DNA from: Parcubacteria group bacterium
Lineage (GTDB): Bacteria; Patescibacteriota; Minisyncoccia; Phycocordibacterales; Zambryskibacteraceae
NCBI GenBank assembly: GCA_046597175.1
Contig: JBKJKY010000003.1
Span: forward strand, 1-55,267
DNA length: 55,267 nucleotides
Direction: 5' to 3'
Below, piece after piece: positions 45,047-52,950 of this stretch. Numbering within the stretch: position 1 is the first letter of the stretch; each line of letters begins with the position of its first letter. Both the position numbers and the translations under genes were made by a program. The notes beneath the pieces were generated by a model. That model did not search any database, was not told the origin of the DNA, and saw only the letters and a list, made by a program, of their open reading frames with translations.

Positions 45047-45940
45047 ATGACAACACAAACGATTGTGACTCACAGTGGTGGTTTTCATGCGGATGACGTT
45101 TTTGCAGTTGCGACAGTATTATTGTCATTTCCCGAAGGAACAGAGTATTCGATAGTTCGCAGTCGAGAAGTTGAAGTTGCGAATTCAGCTGATGTTGTTG
45201 TAGATGTTGGGGGCGTCTATGATCCCTCTCTTAAACGATTTGACCATCATCAGCGTGGTGGTGCGGGCAGTCACGGTAATGCTATTCCATATGCATCATT
45301 TGGTCTTGTGTGGAAAGAGTATGGAGAGAAAATTTGTGGAAGTACCGAGATTGCAAAAAGTATTGAAGAGAAAATTGTTATGCCTATTGATGCGCTTGAT
45401 AATGGAGTGGAAATATCTAAATCAAATTTTGGGGGAATTCGGCCATTTAGTATTTCTGACTATCTCTATTCGTACTGGATAGACGATGACTCAGGTGATC
45501 TTGGTGCACAAATTATTTTTGAAGAAGTAGTGCTCCTTGCAAAAAATTTACTTCTGAGATTAATTGATAATGAACGTCGAGTCGCAATTGAGGAAGCAGA
45601 GGTACTAAAGCTTTATAACGAAGCAGTGGATAAACGAGTGATTGTTCTTCCGCGTTCCATGGCGTGTAGTCGTGTGCTTACATCAAAGGCTGAACCGCTC
45701 TACACTATATATCCTTCTGCTGGGGGTTCTCGGTATCAGGTAAAGTGTGTAAAAGTCTCATGTGATTCCTTTGAGCAGAGGCGCCCACTTCCTGCTTCGT
45801 GGGCGGGAAAAGTTGATTCTGAGCTTGCATCTGTGACCGGTGTCGACGATGCGGTCTTTTGCCACAATGCCCGTTTCCTAGTTGTTACTAAAAGCTTGGA
45901 CGGCGCTCTGTTACTCGTGAGAAAGGCATTAGAGGAATAA
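45047..45940 (+). CDS. MYG1/UPF0160-family metal-dependent hydrolase
   Basis: MTTQTIVTHSGGFHADDVFAV ... DVGGVYDP ... RFDHHQRG is diagnostic for MYG1. ATG at 45047 is preferred over the track's TTG at 45020. Confidence 0.85.
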   Translation: MTTQTIVTHSGGFHADDVFAVATVLLSFPEGTEYSIVRSREVEVANSADVVVDVGGVYDPSLKRFDHHQRGGAGSHGNAIPYASFGLVWKEYGEKICGSTEIAKSIEEKIVMPIDALDNGVEISKSNFGGIRPFSISDYLYSYWIDDDSGDLGAQIIFEEVVLLAKNLLLRLIDNERRVAIEEAEVLKLYNEAVDKRVIVLPRSMACSRVLTSKAEPLYTIYPSAGGSRYQVKCVKVSCDSFEQRRPLPASWAGKVDSELASVTGVDDAVFCHNARFLVVTKSLDGALLLVRKALEE

Positions 45941-45963
45941 TGTGCTAGAGTAGTCCCACAAAC

Positions 45964-46947
45964 ATGTTTGTCGATGAAATAACTATTAAAGCTCGGGCAG
46001 GAAACGGCGGAAACGGCGTTGTATTGTGGCGCCATGAAAAGGGCAAAGATATGGCTGGACCTGCGGGAGGTGACGGGGGTAAGGGCGGCAGTATCTACAT
46101 TGTCGCAGTGAGAGACCTTGGTCTCCTTGTCCGATACCGAACGGTGAAAGAGTTCACCGCAACCGGAGGGGAAGACGGTCAGAAAAAAAGCCAAAAAGGA
46201 AAAGATGGAGATGATCTCGATATCGCACTTCCGCTTGGTAGTATTGTTATCAATCAAACAACAAAGGAACGCTTTGTACTTGAAACGGAGGGGCAGAGAC
46301 TTCTTGTTCTAAATGGTGGGAGGGGTGGAATGGGGAATGAACATTTTAAGTCTTCGACTAATCGATCTCCAAAACAATCGACTGATGGTAAGCAAGGTGA
46401 AGAAGCTGAATTTTATATTGAACTTGAGCTTGTTGTTGATGCGGGGCTCATTGGACTTCCGAACGCCGGCAAGTCGAGCCTCGTAAATGCACTTACCAAT
46501 GCAAAAGCAAAAGTGGGAAGTTTTGAGTTTACCACTCTCGAACCAAACCTCGGAGCTTTTTATGGATTTGTGTTAGCAGATATTCCTGGACTCATTGAAG
46601 GTGCTTCAGAAGGAAAAGGTCTTGGATATAAATTCTTAAGACATATCAAGCGTACCAAAATGTTGCTCCACTGCGTTTCCGCAGAAAATGAAGATGTGCT
46701 TTCTGCATACGATGTTGTACGCGGTGAACTTTCTACATACAACACAGAACTTTTGCAAAAAAAAGAAATCATTATTTTGACAAAAATAGACCTTTTAACT
46801 GAAGAAGAGGTTACCGAAAAAATGCGATTACTCAAAACTCGAGGAGAGTTTGTCTTTTCAATCTCTACCATTGATGATGATTCAGTGCTCCAGATTTCCA
46901 AAGAGCTTTCATTGGCTTTGCAGGCAGAAGTAAAAAAAGAGCTCTAA
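45964..46947 (+). CDS. obg: GTPase Obg/CgtA (short form without a C-terminal extension)
   Basis: MFVDEITIKARAGNGGNGVV..GGDGGKGGSIY (Obg fold), GLPNAGKSSL (G1), DIPGLIEGA (G3), TKID (G4). Confidence 0.9.
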   Translation: MFVDEITIKARAGNGGNGVVLWRHEKGKDMAGPAGGDGGKGGSIYIVAVRDLGLLVRYRTVKEFTATGGEDGQKKSQKGKDGDDLDIALPLGSIVINQTTKERFVLETEGQRLLVLNGGRGGMGNEHFKSSTNRSPKQSTDGKQGEEAEFYIELELVVDAGLIGLPNAGKSSLVNALTNAKAKVGSFEFTTLEPNLGAFYGFVLADIPGLIEGASEGKGLGYKFLRHIKRTKMLLHCVSAENEDVLSAYDVVRGELSTYNTELLQKKEIIILTKIDLLTEEEVTEKMRLLKTRGEFVFSISTIDDDSVLQISKELSLALQAEVKKEL

Positions 46948-46986
46948 AAGTTCACAAATGCGCACTCTCTTGGTAGTATGAGGAAT

Positions 46987-48423
46987 ATGGCACGAGAAGA
47001 CTATATGCTCACCGTTGGACTTGAGGTCCATGCAGAGCTCAAAACCAGGACAAAGATGTTCTGTAACTCAAAGAATGATCCCGACGAAAAGCGCCCAAAC
47101 GTCAATATTTGCCCTGTTTGTATGGGTTATCCGGGGACCCTTCCAACCATTAACAAAGAGGCCGTTGCTCATGTAATCCGCATGGGTATCGCAATTGGCG
47201 GAACAATCGCTGATTTCACCGAATTTGACCGTAAAAACTACTTCTACCCAGATATTCCGAAGGGATACCAAATTTCACAGCTCAAATATCCTCTTGTGAC
47301 TGGTGGTACCTTAGCTGGCATTGCCATTACTCGGATACACCTTGAAGAGGATACTGCACGTTCAAGTCACTCGCAGGGGGATTTTAGCCTCGTAGACTAC
47401 AATAGAGCTGGCATTCCGCTTATGGAACTCGTTACTGAACCAGTCATTCGTTCTGCTACGGAAGCAACAACGTTTGCGAAAGAACTCCAGCTTCTCCTTC
47501 AAACTCTCAGTGCGGGTGATGCAAATATGGAAAAAGGAGAAATGCGTGTTGAGGCAAATATTTCTGTTTCAAAAACATCAGAATTTGGGACCAAAGTAGA
47601 AGTCAAAAACCTCAACTCATTTCGTGCTGTAGAGCGAGCTATCGCTTTTGAAATAGAACGCCACATTGATATTCTCGAAAAAGGGGAAAAGGTAATGCAA
47701 GAAACACGGGGCTGGGATGAGACCAAAGAGGTCACGTTTTCACAGCGGGCAAAAGAAGACTCACATGACTATCGATACTTTCCGGACCCTGACTTACCAA
47801 AAATTTGGATTTCAAAGTCTTCTGATTTAAACACTACAGTACTTGGACACGGTATGCCTGAATTACCATGGAATATGCGTGTTCGGTATGAATCAGAGTT
47901 AGGACTCAAAAAAGATGACATAGAATTTTTTGTTCGAGAAGGGGGGTGGAAGATGTATTTCGAAAGAATCATCGGCCACTCGAAAGATCGTACATTCGTA
48001 CAAACGGTAGCGAATTACCTTACTTCAGATTTAGCAGGCTTACTCAAAGCTGGAGGAAAAGGTAATGGAGAGGTAGATCTTTTTTCTCTTATCTCAACAG
48101 AAGACTTTCTTGCGCTTATGCATATGGTGACAAGTGGGGCGGTTTCTTCACGCGGCGCAAAAGACATTTTGAAGTTTATGTATGAAGGAGAAAAGAATCC
48201 AGAAAAGATTGCTACAGAAAAAGGTCTTATACAAAAAAATGATGAAGGGGAGATAACCCGTATCGCAGAAGAAATTATTGTTGCTAACCCGGGAGTTGTG
48301 GCAGAGTACAAAAATGGAAAAGTCTCAGTCATACAGTTCTTCGTGGGGCAGGGGATGAAAGCAATGAAAGGAGCAGGCAATCCGGCGGTGCTCAAAACAG
48401 TGTTTGAAAAACTTTTGAGTTAA
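46987..48423 (+). CDS. gatB: Asp-tRNA(Asn)/Glu-tRNA(Gln) amidotransferase subunit B
   Basis: VGLEVHAELKT...CPVCMGYPGTLP...RIHLEEDTA...VEVKNLNSF. The start could be 46978 or 46987; the latter lies 7 nt after TGgTAGTAT. Confidence 0.9.
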   Translation: MAREDYMLTVGLEVHAELKTRTKMFCNSKNDPDEKRPNVNICPVCMGYPGTLPTINKEAVAHVIRMGIAIGGTIADFTEFDRKNYFYPDIPKGYQISQLKYPLVTGGTLAGIAITRIHLEEDTARSSHSQGDFSLVDYNRAGIPLMELVTEPVIRSATEATTFAKELQLLLQTLSAGDANMEKGEMRVEANISVSKTSEFGTKVEVKNLNSFRAVERAIAFEIERHIDILEKGEKVMQETRGWDETKEVTFSQRAKEDSHDYRYFPDPDLPKIWISKSSDLNTTVLGHGMPELPWNMRVRYESELGLKKDDIEFFVREGGWKMYFERIIGHSKDRTFVQTVANYLTSDLAGLLKAGGKGNGEVDLFSLISTEDFLALMHMVTSGAVSSRGAKDILKFMYEGEKNPEKIATEKGLIQKNDEGEITRIAEEIIVANPGVVAEYKNGKVSVIQFFVGQGMKAMKGAGNPAVLKTVFEKLLS

Positions 48424-48430
48424 TTATACA

Positions 48431-48466
48431 AAAACAAAACCTCCCAAATTTGGGAGGTTTTGTTTT
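48431..48466. terminator. bidirectional intrinsic terminator between convergent genes
   Basis: aaaacaaaacctccca-aatt-tgggaggttttgtttt (perfect palindrome). Confidence 0.8.
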
Positions 48467-48480
48467 ACCTAAAAAGGTGC

Positions 48481-49113
48481 TTAGAACTCCTCAACCGATC
48501 CTTCAGTCATTATTCTAAATTCGATGCCGTCCTTTTCTAATAGTAGTTTGGGTAGGGTGTGAGCAGAGCCAAATCGAGTACCATCGTGGACCGGGAATGC
48601 AACCTTTGGTTTTAGATGGAGAGCATAATCAATAGCATCTCCAATTTTCATCCACGGACCTGAAACAGGAAGTGCAAGAATTTCGACTGGTCTTTGTGGA
48701 TCAGTAAATGCATCCCCAGGATACCAAAGCCTATTATCAATTAAAAAGCCGGTATTCAAAGAAAGGGGAATGGAACTATGCATTTGTGCATGAGTCTCTC
48801 CAAATACTAATAAAGAAACATTTCGAATCTGCTTGGTTTCTAAGTGGGAGATTTTTATGTGATCAATATTTTCAGCTAAAAGCAGGGAGCTAACTGAGTC
48901 ATTACAGATAATTACCAAGTCAGGATTTTTAATCATGAGTTCTCTGAGCGACTCAAGGTGGTAGTGGTCCTGATGTTCATGGGTGAATAGACAAAAGTCG
49001 ATAGCGGAAAGCATACTATGCTCGAGGACACTATAGCTACCAGGGTCAGTCAAAATACGGACACCTTTGGTTTCAATGAGGAGGCAGCAATGGCCAAGTT
49101 TCGTAATCTTCAT
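48481..49113 (-). CDS. MBL-fold metallo-hydrolase
   Basis: Starts at MKITKLGHCCLLIE. HxHxDH motif (FTHEHQDHYH). The track's longer start at 49191 adds a non-homologous hydrophobic leader. Confidence 0.8.
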   Translation of the reverse strand: MKITKLGHCCLLIETKGVRILTDPGSYSVLEHSMLSAIDFCLFTHEHQDHYHLESLRELMIKNPDLVIICNDSVSSLLLAENIDHIKISHLETKQIRNVSLLVFGETHAQMHSSIPLSLNTGFLIDNRLWYPGDAFTDPQRPVEILALPVSGPWMKIGDAIDYALHLKPKVAFPVHDGTRFGSAHTLPKLLLEKDGIEFRIMTEGSVEEF

Positions 49114-49305
49114 ATGCGCATAGTATACCAAATAAGATAGTAAAATGAGCATCAATCTGATGCTCATTTTACCGTATAAAAAGTGTTTCACAGATTTATT
49201 AGTATTTTTTCTCGTTCATCCGAGATGATATGGAAGAATATAGGTTTTAAGAGATTATTAGTACAAAAACAAACAGTAATGGATCGTTACGTATGCAGGC
49301 TTTGT

Positions 49306-49569
49306 CTACTCTTCATCTTCTAAATGCTTTACTACTAATTTTTTCATTCTACTTCGGGCGTTACTACCAGATTGACCACCATTTTCTATATCCTCTATGA
49401 TTTTAAGGAGGTTTTCAGCTTTGTATACACGATAATTGTTCATTGGATGTCTCTGTGCAGGGAACTTGCCATTCTTATCCCAATTTCGTAGAGTAAGAGG
49501 AGAAACGCCGAGTACGTACGCCGCTTCTTTAATTGTCACATATTTTTTGTATTCCATATTATTAGCCAT
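49306..49569 (-). CDS. MerR/excisionase-type helix-turn-helix DNA-binding protein
   Basis: 87 aa. YVTIKEAAYVLGVSPLTLRNWDKNGKFPAQRHPMNNYRVY. Confidence 0.75.
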   Translation of the reverse strand: MANNMEYKKYVTIKEAAYVLGVSPLTLRNWDKNGKFPAQRHPMNNYRVYKAENLLKIIEDIENGGQSGSNARSRMKKLVVKHLEDEE

Positions 49570-49731
49570 TTATTCTTTAATAAACCTTAATAAACTTATA
49601 CATAGAATTGTATATTCTTATGTGGAATTATCAATGTTTACATGTGTATATCTTTTAAACTTTTAAATTTTATTTTGTATAAATTTGGGTAGTTTTTTCT
49701 TTGTGGCTAAGTCAGCAGTTAGTGCCTTGAT

Positions 49732-49760
49732 AAATTCAAAATATTTATTATTTTGAATTT
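49732..49760. promoter_or_regulatory. palindrome with 12-bp arms in the divergent intergenic region (candidate operator)
   Basis: aaattcaaaata-tttat-tattttgaattt. Confidence 0.5.
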
Positions 49761-49887
49761 TATTTCATCTTTTTCATTGAAACATGCTAGTAATCGAGTT
49801 TTTTTGACAAGGGGAGTGATTAGATTTTTAGTAAAAATGATTTTGTTTTATCCACAGAAATTCATATCTAAAAAAACACCACAAATC

Positions 49888-49893
49888 TATAAT
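49888..49893 (+). promoter_or_regulatory. -10 hexamer TATAAT, 7 nt upstream of the ATG at 49901
   Basis: tcTATAATgtatgtaATGaat. Confidence 0.5.
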
Positions 49894-49900
49894 GTATGTA

Positions 49901-51142
49901 ATGAATTCTGATCTTTATTTCGACGGAAAAAAGTATATCTCGTCTAGCCGAGCTGCAAAAATAAGTGGCTATGTTAATGACTATATTGGTCAACTCTGCC
50001 GAGATGGAAAGCTCGACTGTCGAATGATCGGACGCTCTTGGTATGTATCTTTCGATTCCCTTATTGCTCATAAAAATTCAAACGGAAGTGGTTCAAAAAA
50101 TAAGTCTCAAAGATTAGTTAAAACAGAGGTAACTCCTACGGTAAATAAAGAAGAGGCTTTACTGGTCAATTTTGAGCCTCAGATTTCTGTGGTCCCCGCT
50201 CCCCCTGTTGTTGCGGAAGTGGCACTGCCTCAATTACTTGAAATGAAGAAAGAGGTCAGAGTTGTGGACTCTGCTTCAACTGGAGCTCTTCTCGAAAAGG
50301 TAAGCCCTGAATCTGAGGATCTTCCACTCTTTGCTTTTGACCTCAAGGCTCCACTTCTTGAAGAAAAAACTTTGAGTGATATTTCACTCATTTCGCCTGA
50401 GATAGAGGTGACACCCGAAGTTGTTCATAGGATTCCGATTAAGGCTGTGGGAGAAGTCGTACAAGTTTCCGAAAAGCAAGTTGATGAAATTAAAAATTCT
50501 GCACCCACCTCAGAACCAATTGTTTCTGAGTATTTTGCTGATGCGAAATTTATTACACCTATCCTCTCTACGGTTACTACGGTTACCATGCCTTCTACTC
50601 ATCACCAAGTGTTTGGAAAAAGATTTCCTACAGTTGCGCTCGGTGTGGTGGCGGTACTTATATCATTCCTTGTATTTAATCTCATGACAGAAACGGGTGT
50701 TAGTAATCGTGAGACTGTTGCGGTAGAGCGCCCTGCCCCCGCTGCATATCAGGGTGTGGATCTCACCGCAAGCGTTGTAAGCGGAGCTTGGAACGTTCTT
50801 GATACTGTCTCAGAGAAAATATATTTGACAGTAAATGATTGGACAGGTGGAGCGCAGAAAACAATTCTTGCATTCGTAAAGAGCAGAGGTTCACCGCCGA
50901 AATTATATACGAACGATCCTCCAACTCTTGTCGCTGATGAGAGGCCAAGTGAAGGAATGATCGTAGTGCCAGTTACCGCGAAGACTGATAAGGAAGCGAC
51001 AATTGCAAAAATTAAAAGTACGTTCTCTGATGAAGTTACCGTGGAGCCAGGAGCAGATGGGTCAGATGGTGTCATAAAGCCAGTGTTTAAAAGAAGTAAG
51101 GGCGACGACTATCTCTATGTGCTCGTGCCGATTAAAAACTAA
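49901..51142 (+). CDS. membrane-tethered protein: N-terminal excisionase/MerR-like HTH, one TM segment, extracytoplasmic C-terminal domain
   Basis: YISSSRAAKISGYVNDYIGQLCRDGKLDCRMIGRSWYVSFDSL (HTH). TM segment FPTVALGVVAVLISFLVFNLM about 240 aa in. About 150 aa lie outside the membrane. The start could be 49892 or 49901. Confidence 0.6.
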   Translation: MNSDLYFDGKKYISSSRAAKISGYVNDYIGQLCRDGKLDCRMIGRSWYVSFDSLIAHKNSNGSGSKNKSQRLVKTEVTPTVNKEEALLVNFEPQISVVPAPPVVAEVALPQLLEMKKEVRVVDSASTGALLEKVSPESEDLPLFAFDLKAPLLEEKTLSDISLISPEIEVTPEVVHRIPIKAVGEVVQVSEKQVDEIKNSAPTSEPIVSEYFADAKFITPILSTVTTVTMPSTHHQVFGKRFPTVALGVVAVLISFLVFNLMTETGVSNRETVAVERPAPAAYQGVDLTASVVSGAWNVLDTVSEKIYLTVNDWTGGAQKTILAFVKSRGSPPKLYTNDPPTLVADERPSEGMIVVPVTAKTDKEATIAKIKSTFSDEVTVEPGADGSDGVIKPVFKRSKGDDYLYVLVPIKN

Positions 51143-51195
51143 TTCTTCCCATACGTTTGTGACGAAAATATTGGTCACAATCGCATGGGAAGAAT
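51142..51195 (+). other. long imperfect intercistronic hairpin (about 20 bp)
   Basis: attcttcccat...atgggaagaat (11 bp) enclosing ttgtgac...gtcacaa (7 bp). No T-tract follows. Confidence 0.6.
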
Positions 51196-51248
51196 CCCAT
51201 GAAAACGGTCTGTAAAAATAAAGGTCGAAAATTAATAACAAAAACAAC

Positions 51249-52199
51249 ATGAAAAAAATACTCATCACCCTCATTCTTGTACTCATAAGCTTCGCACGTG
51301 TGACGACACTCGAAGCTTTGACTATTGAGAAACATGAAGGTGTGCCAGTAGAAAAAAACTTTGTTGTTGGTCCTGCAAAAATTGAAAGCGAAGTAAACGC
51401 AGGCGAAGTGAAAACAGTAAATCTTGTGATTGATAACAAGACCGGTCGAACACAATCATTTACCGTTCATTTCGAAGATTTTACTTCTGGAGCAACTGAG
51501 GGCCAGGTGGTTCAACTTCTTGGATCAGGCCAGAGCGAGACAAGTTTGAAAAAATTCTTGAGTGTTACCGAGAATCAATTTGTGCTTGAGCACGGTGATC
51601 GAGCGATACTGCCGGTAACTATCTCAATTCCCGTTGGAGAAAAAAGTGGTGGCAAGTTCGGCTCAGTTATAGTCAGTGCTGTTGCAAAGAGAAATGCTAT
51701 CACTACAGAGGGAGATGCCAACACCGGTGCAGTGGTGATTGGAAATGTTGCAGCACTTCTTTTTGTAACAGTTCCAGGAGACGTGAAGTATGATGGGTCA
51801 CTTCTTTCAGTAAAAACGAAAAATGGTGCATCACTATTTTTTGAAAACTCTGTGCCACTGCGATTTCAATTTCAGAATTCTGGGAATGTGAGTATAAACC
51901 CCTACGGACTTGTTGTGATTAAAAATATGTTTGGTCATGAGGTCCTAAGGACTGTACTCGATCCCTGGTTTGTTCTTCCTGGTTCTGTGCGAACTCGCGA
52001 CCTCCTCGCCGAGGTTCCTCAAGGGTTTGGATACTATCGTGCTGTTGTGCAGATGAACCGTGGGTATGAAAATATTGTTGATGAAAGAGTAGTTTCATTT
52101 GTTCTTATTCCAAAAGTTGCGGGCGTGGGGATTCTTGTGGTGATGTTCTTTTTTGGGTTTGTTGTGGTAAAGAAAGTGCGAGCTAAAAAGTATGTCTAA
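51249..52199 (+). CDS. cell-surface protein with CscA-like (DUF916/DUF3324-like) architecture
   Basis: Signal peptide MKKILITLILVLISF. Two beta-sandwich-sized segments (NFVVGPAKIESEVNAGEVKTVNLVIDN...). C-terminal TM segment plus a KKVRAKKY stop-transfer. Confidence 0.5.
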   Translation: MKKILITLILVLISFARVTTLEALTIEKHEGVPVEKNFVVGPAKIESEVNAGEVKTVNLVIDNKTGRTQSFTVHFEDFTSGATEGQVVQLLGSGQSETSLKKFLSVTENQFVLEHGDRAILPVTISIPVGEKSGGKFGSVIVSAVAKRNAITTEGDANTGAVVIGNVAALLFVTVPGDVKYDGSLLSVKTKNGASLFFENSVPLRFQFQNSGNVSINPYGLVVIKNMFGHEVLRTVLDPWFVLPGSVRTRDLLAEVPQGFGYYRAVVQMNRGYENIVDERVVSFVLIPKVAGVGILVVMFFFGFVVVKKVRAKKYV

Positions 52200-52200
52200 T

Positions 52201-52944
52201 ATGAAGTCAGTCCTGATCATTGTGATCTTAATAAGTTTTGTATTCGCACAGCCTGCGCTCGCTACGGTGATGTCGAGTTCAAATTATCGATTGCAGAGTG
52301 ACTCAGTTAACTTTGGTGGAGGAAATTCATCATCAACAAGTTACGTGAGTGAAAGCACCTTCGGTGAGATTGCAACAGGAAATTCTGGAAGTACAAACTT
52401 CAACATTAAAGCTGGTTACCAGCAGATGCAGGAAGTGTACTTAGCAATCAGCACGGTAGCTGATGTGACCCTCACGCCCTCTATTAATGGGAACTCAGGT
52501 GGTATTGCAAATGGTTCAACTCTTGTGACCGTGCTTACCGATAATCCTGCAGGGTACGAGCTCTATGTAAGTGCGAGCTCTTCGCCCGCTCTTATCTCCG
52601 GGGTTAATTCATTTGCTGACTACACGCCTGTAGGGGTTGTGCCAGACTTCACCTTTACTGTCGCTTCAACAACTGCTGAGTTCGGATTTTCTCCAGAGGG
52701 AACGGCAATTGTAAGTAATTACAAGGATAATGGAACAGTGTGTGGAAGTGGTGTTCTCGATACGGTAGATAGTTGCTGGAGCAATCTGACGACATCAAAT
52801 GTTCTTATCGCAAAAGAGGTTGTGCCAAACTTTCCGGCAGGCACAGGAACAACACTGAAGTTTAGAGTAGAGTCAGGAATTGCAAATATTCAGCCTGCAG
52901 GAGCGTACAGTGCAACAAGTACGGTAACTGCCGTAGCGCTCTAA
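52201..52944 (+). CDS. secreted Ser/Thr/Gly/Asn-rich beta-type protein, candidate fibre/surface subunit
   Basis: Signal peptide with an ALA-TV cleavage site. SSNYRLQSDSVNFGGG...STNFNIKAGY repeats. C-terminal QPAGAYSATSTVTAVAL strand. ATG at 52201 sits in a TAATATG junction (the track start is 52192). Confidence 0.5.
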   Translation: MKSVLIIVILISFVFAQPALATVMSSSNYRLQSDSVNFGGGNSSSTSYVSESTFGEIATGNSGSTNFNIKAGYQQMQEVYLAISTVADVTLTPSINGNSGGIANGSTLVTVLTDNPAGYELYVSASSSPALISGVNSFADYTPVGVVPDFTFTVASTTAEFGFSPEGTAIVSNYKDNGTVCGSGVLDTVDSCWSNLTTSNVLIAKEVVPNFPAGTGTTLKFRVESGIANIQPAGAYSATSTVTAVAL

Positions 52945-52950
52945 TATTCC

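Noticed and set aside
45736-46257. 173-aa minus-strand ORF, and similar antisense ORFs (for example 9597-10034, 17235-17594, 38282-38512 and 54883-55209)
   Set aside because: They lie fully antisense to motif-supported or better-supported plus-strand genes (MYG1/obg, the T4CP-like ATPase, the ligase and the adhesin) and have low-complexity, non-protein-like sequences.
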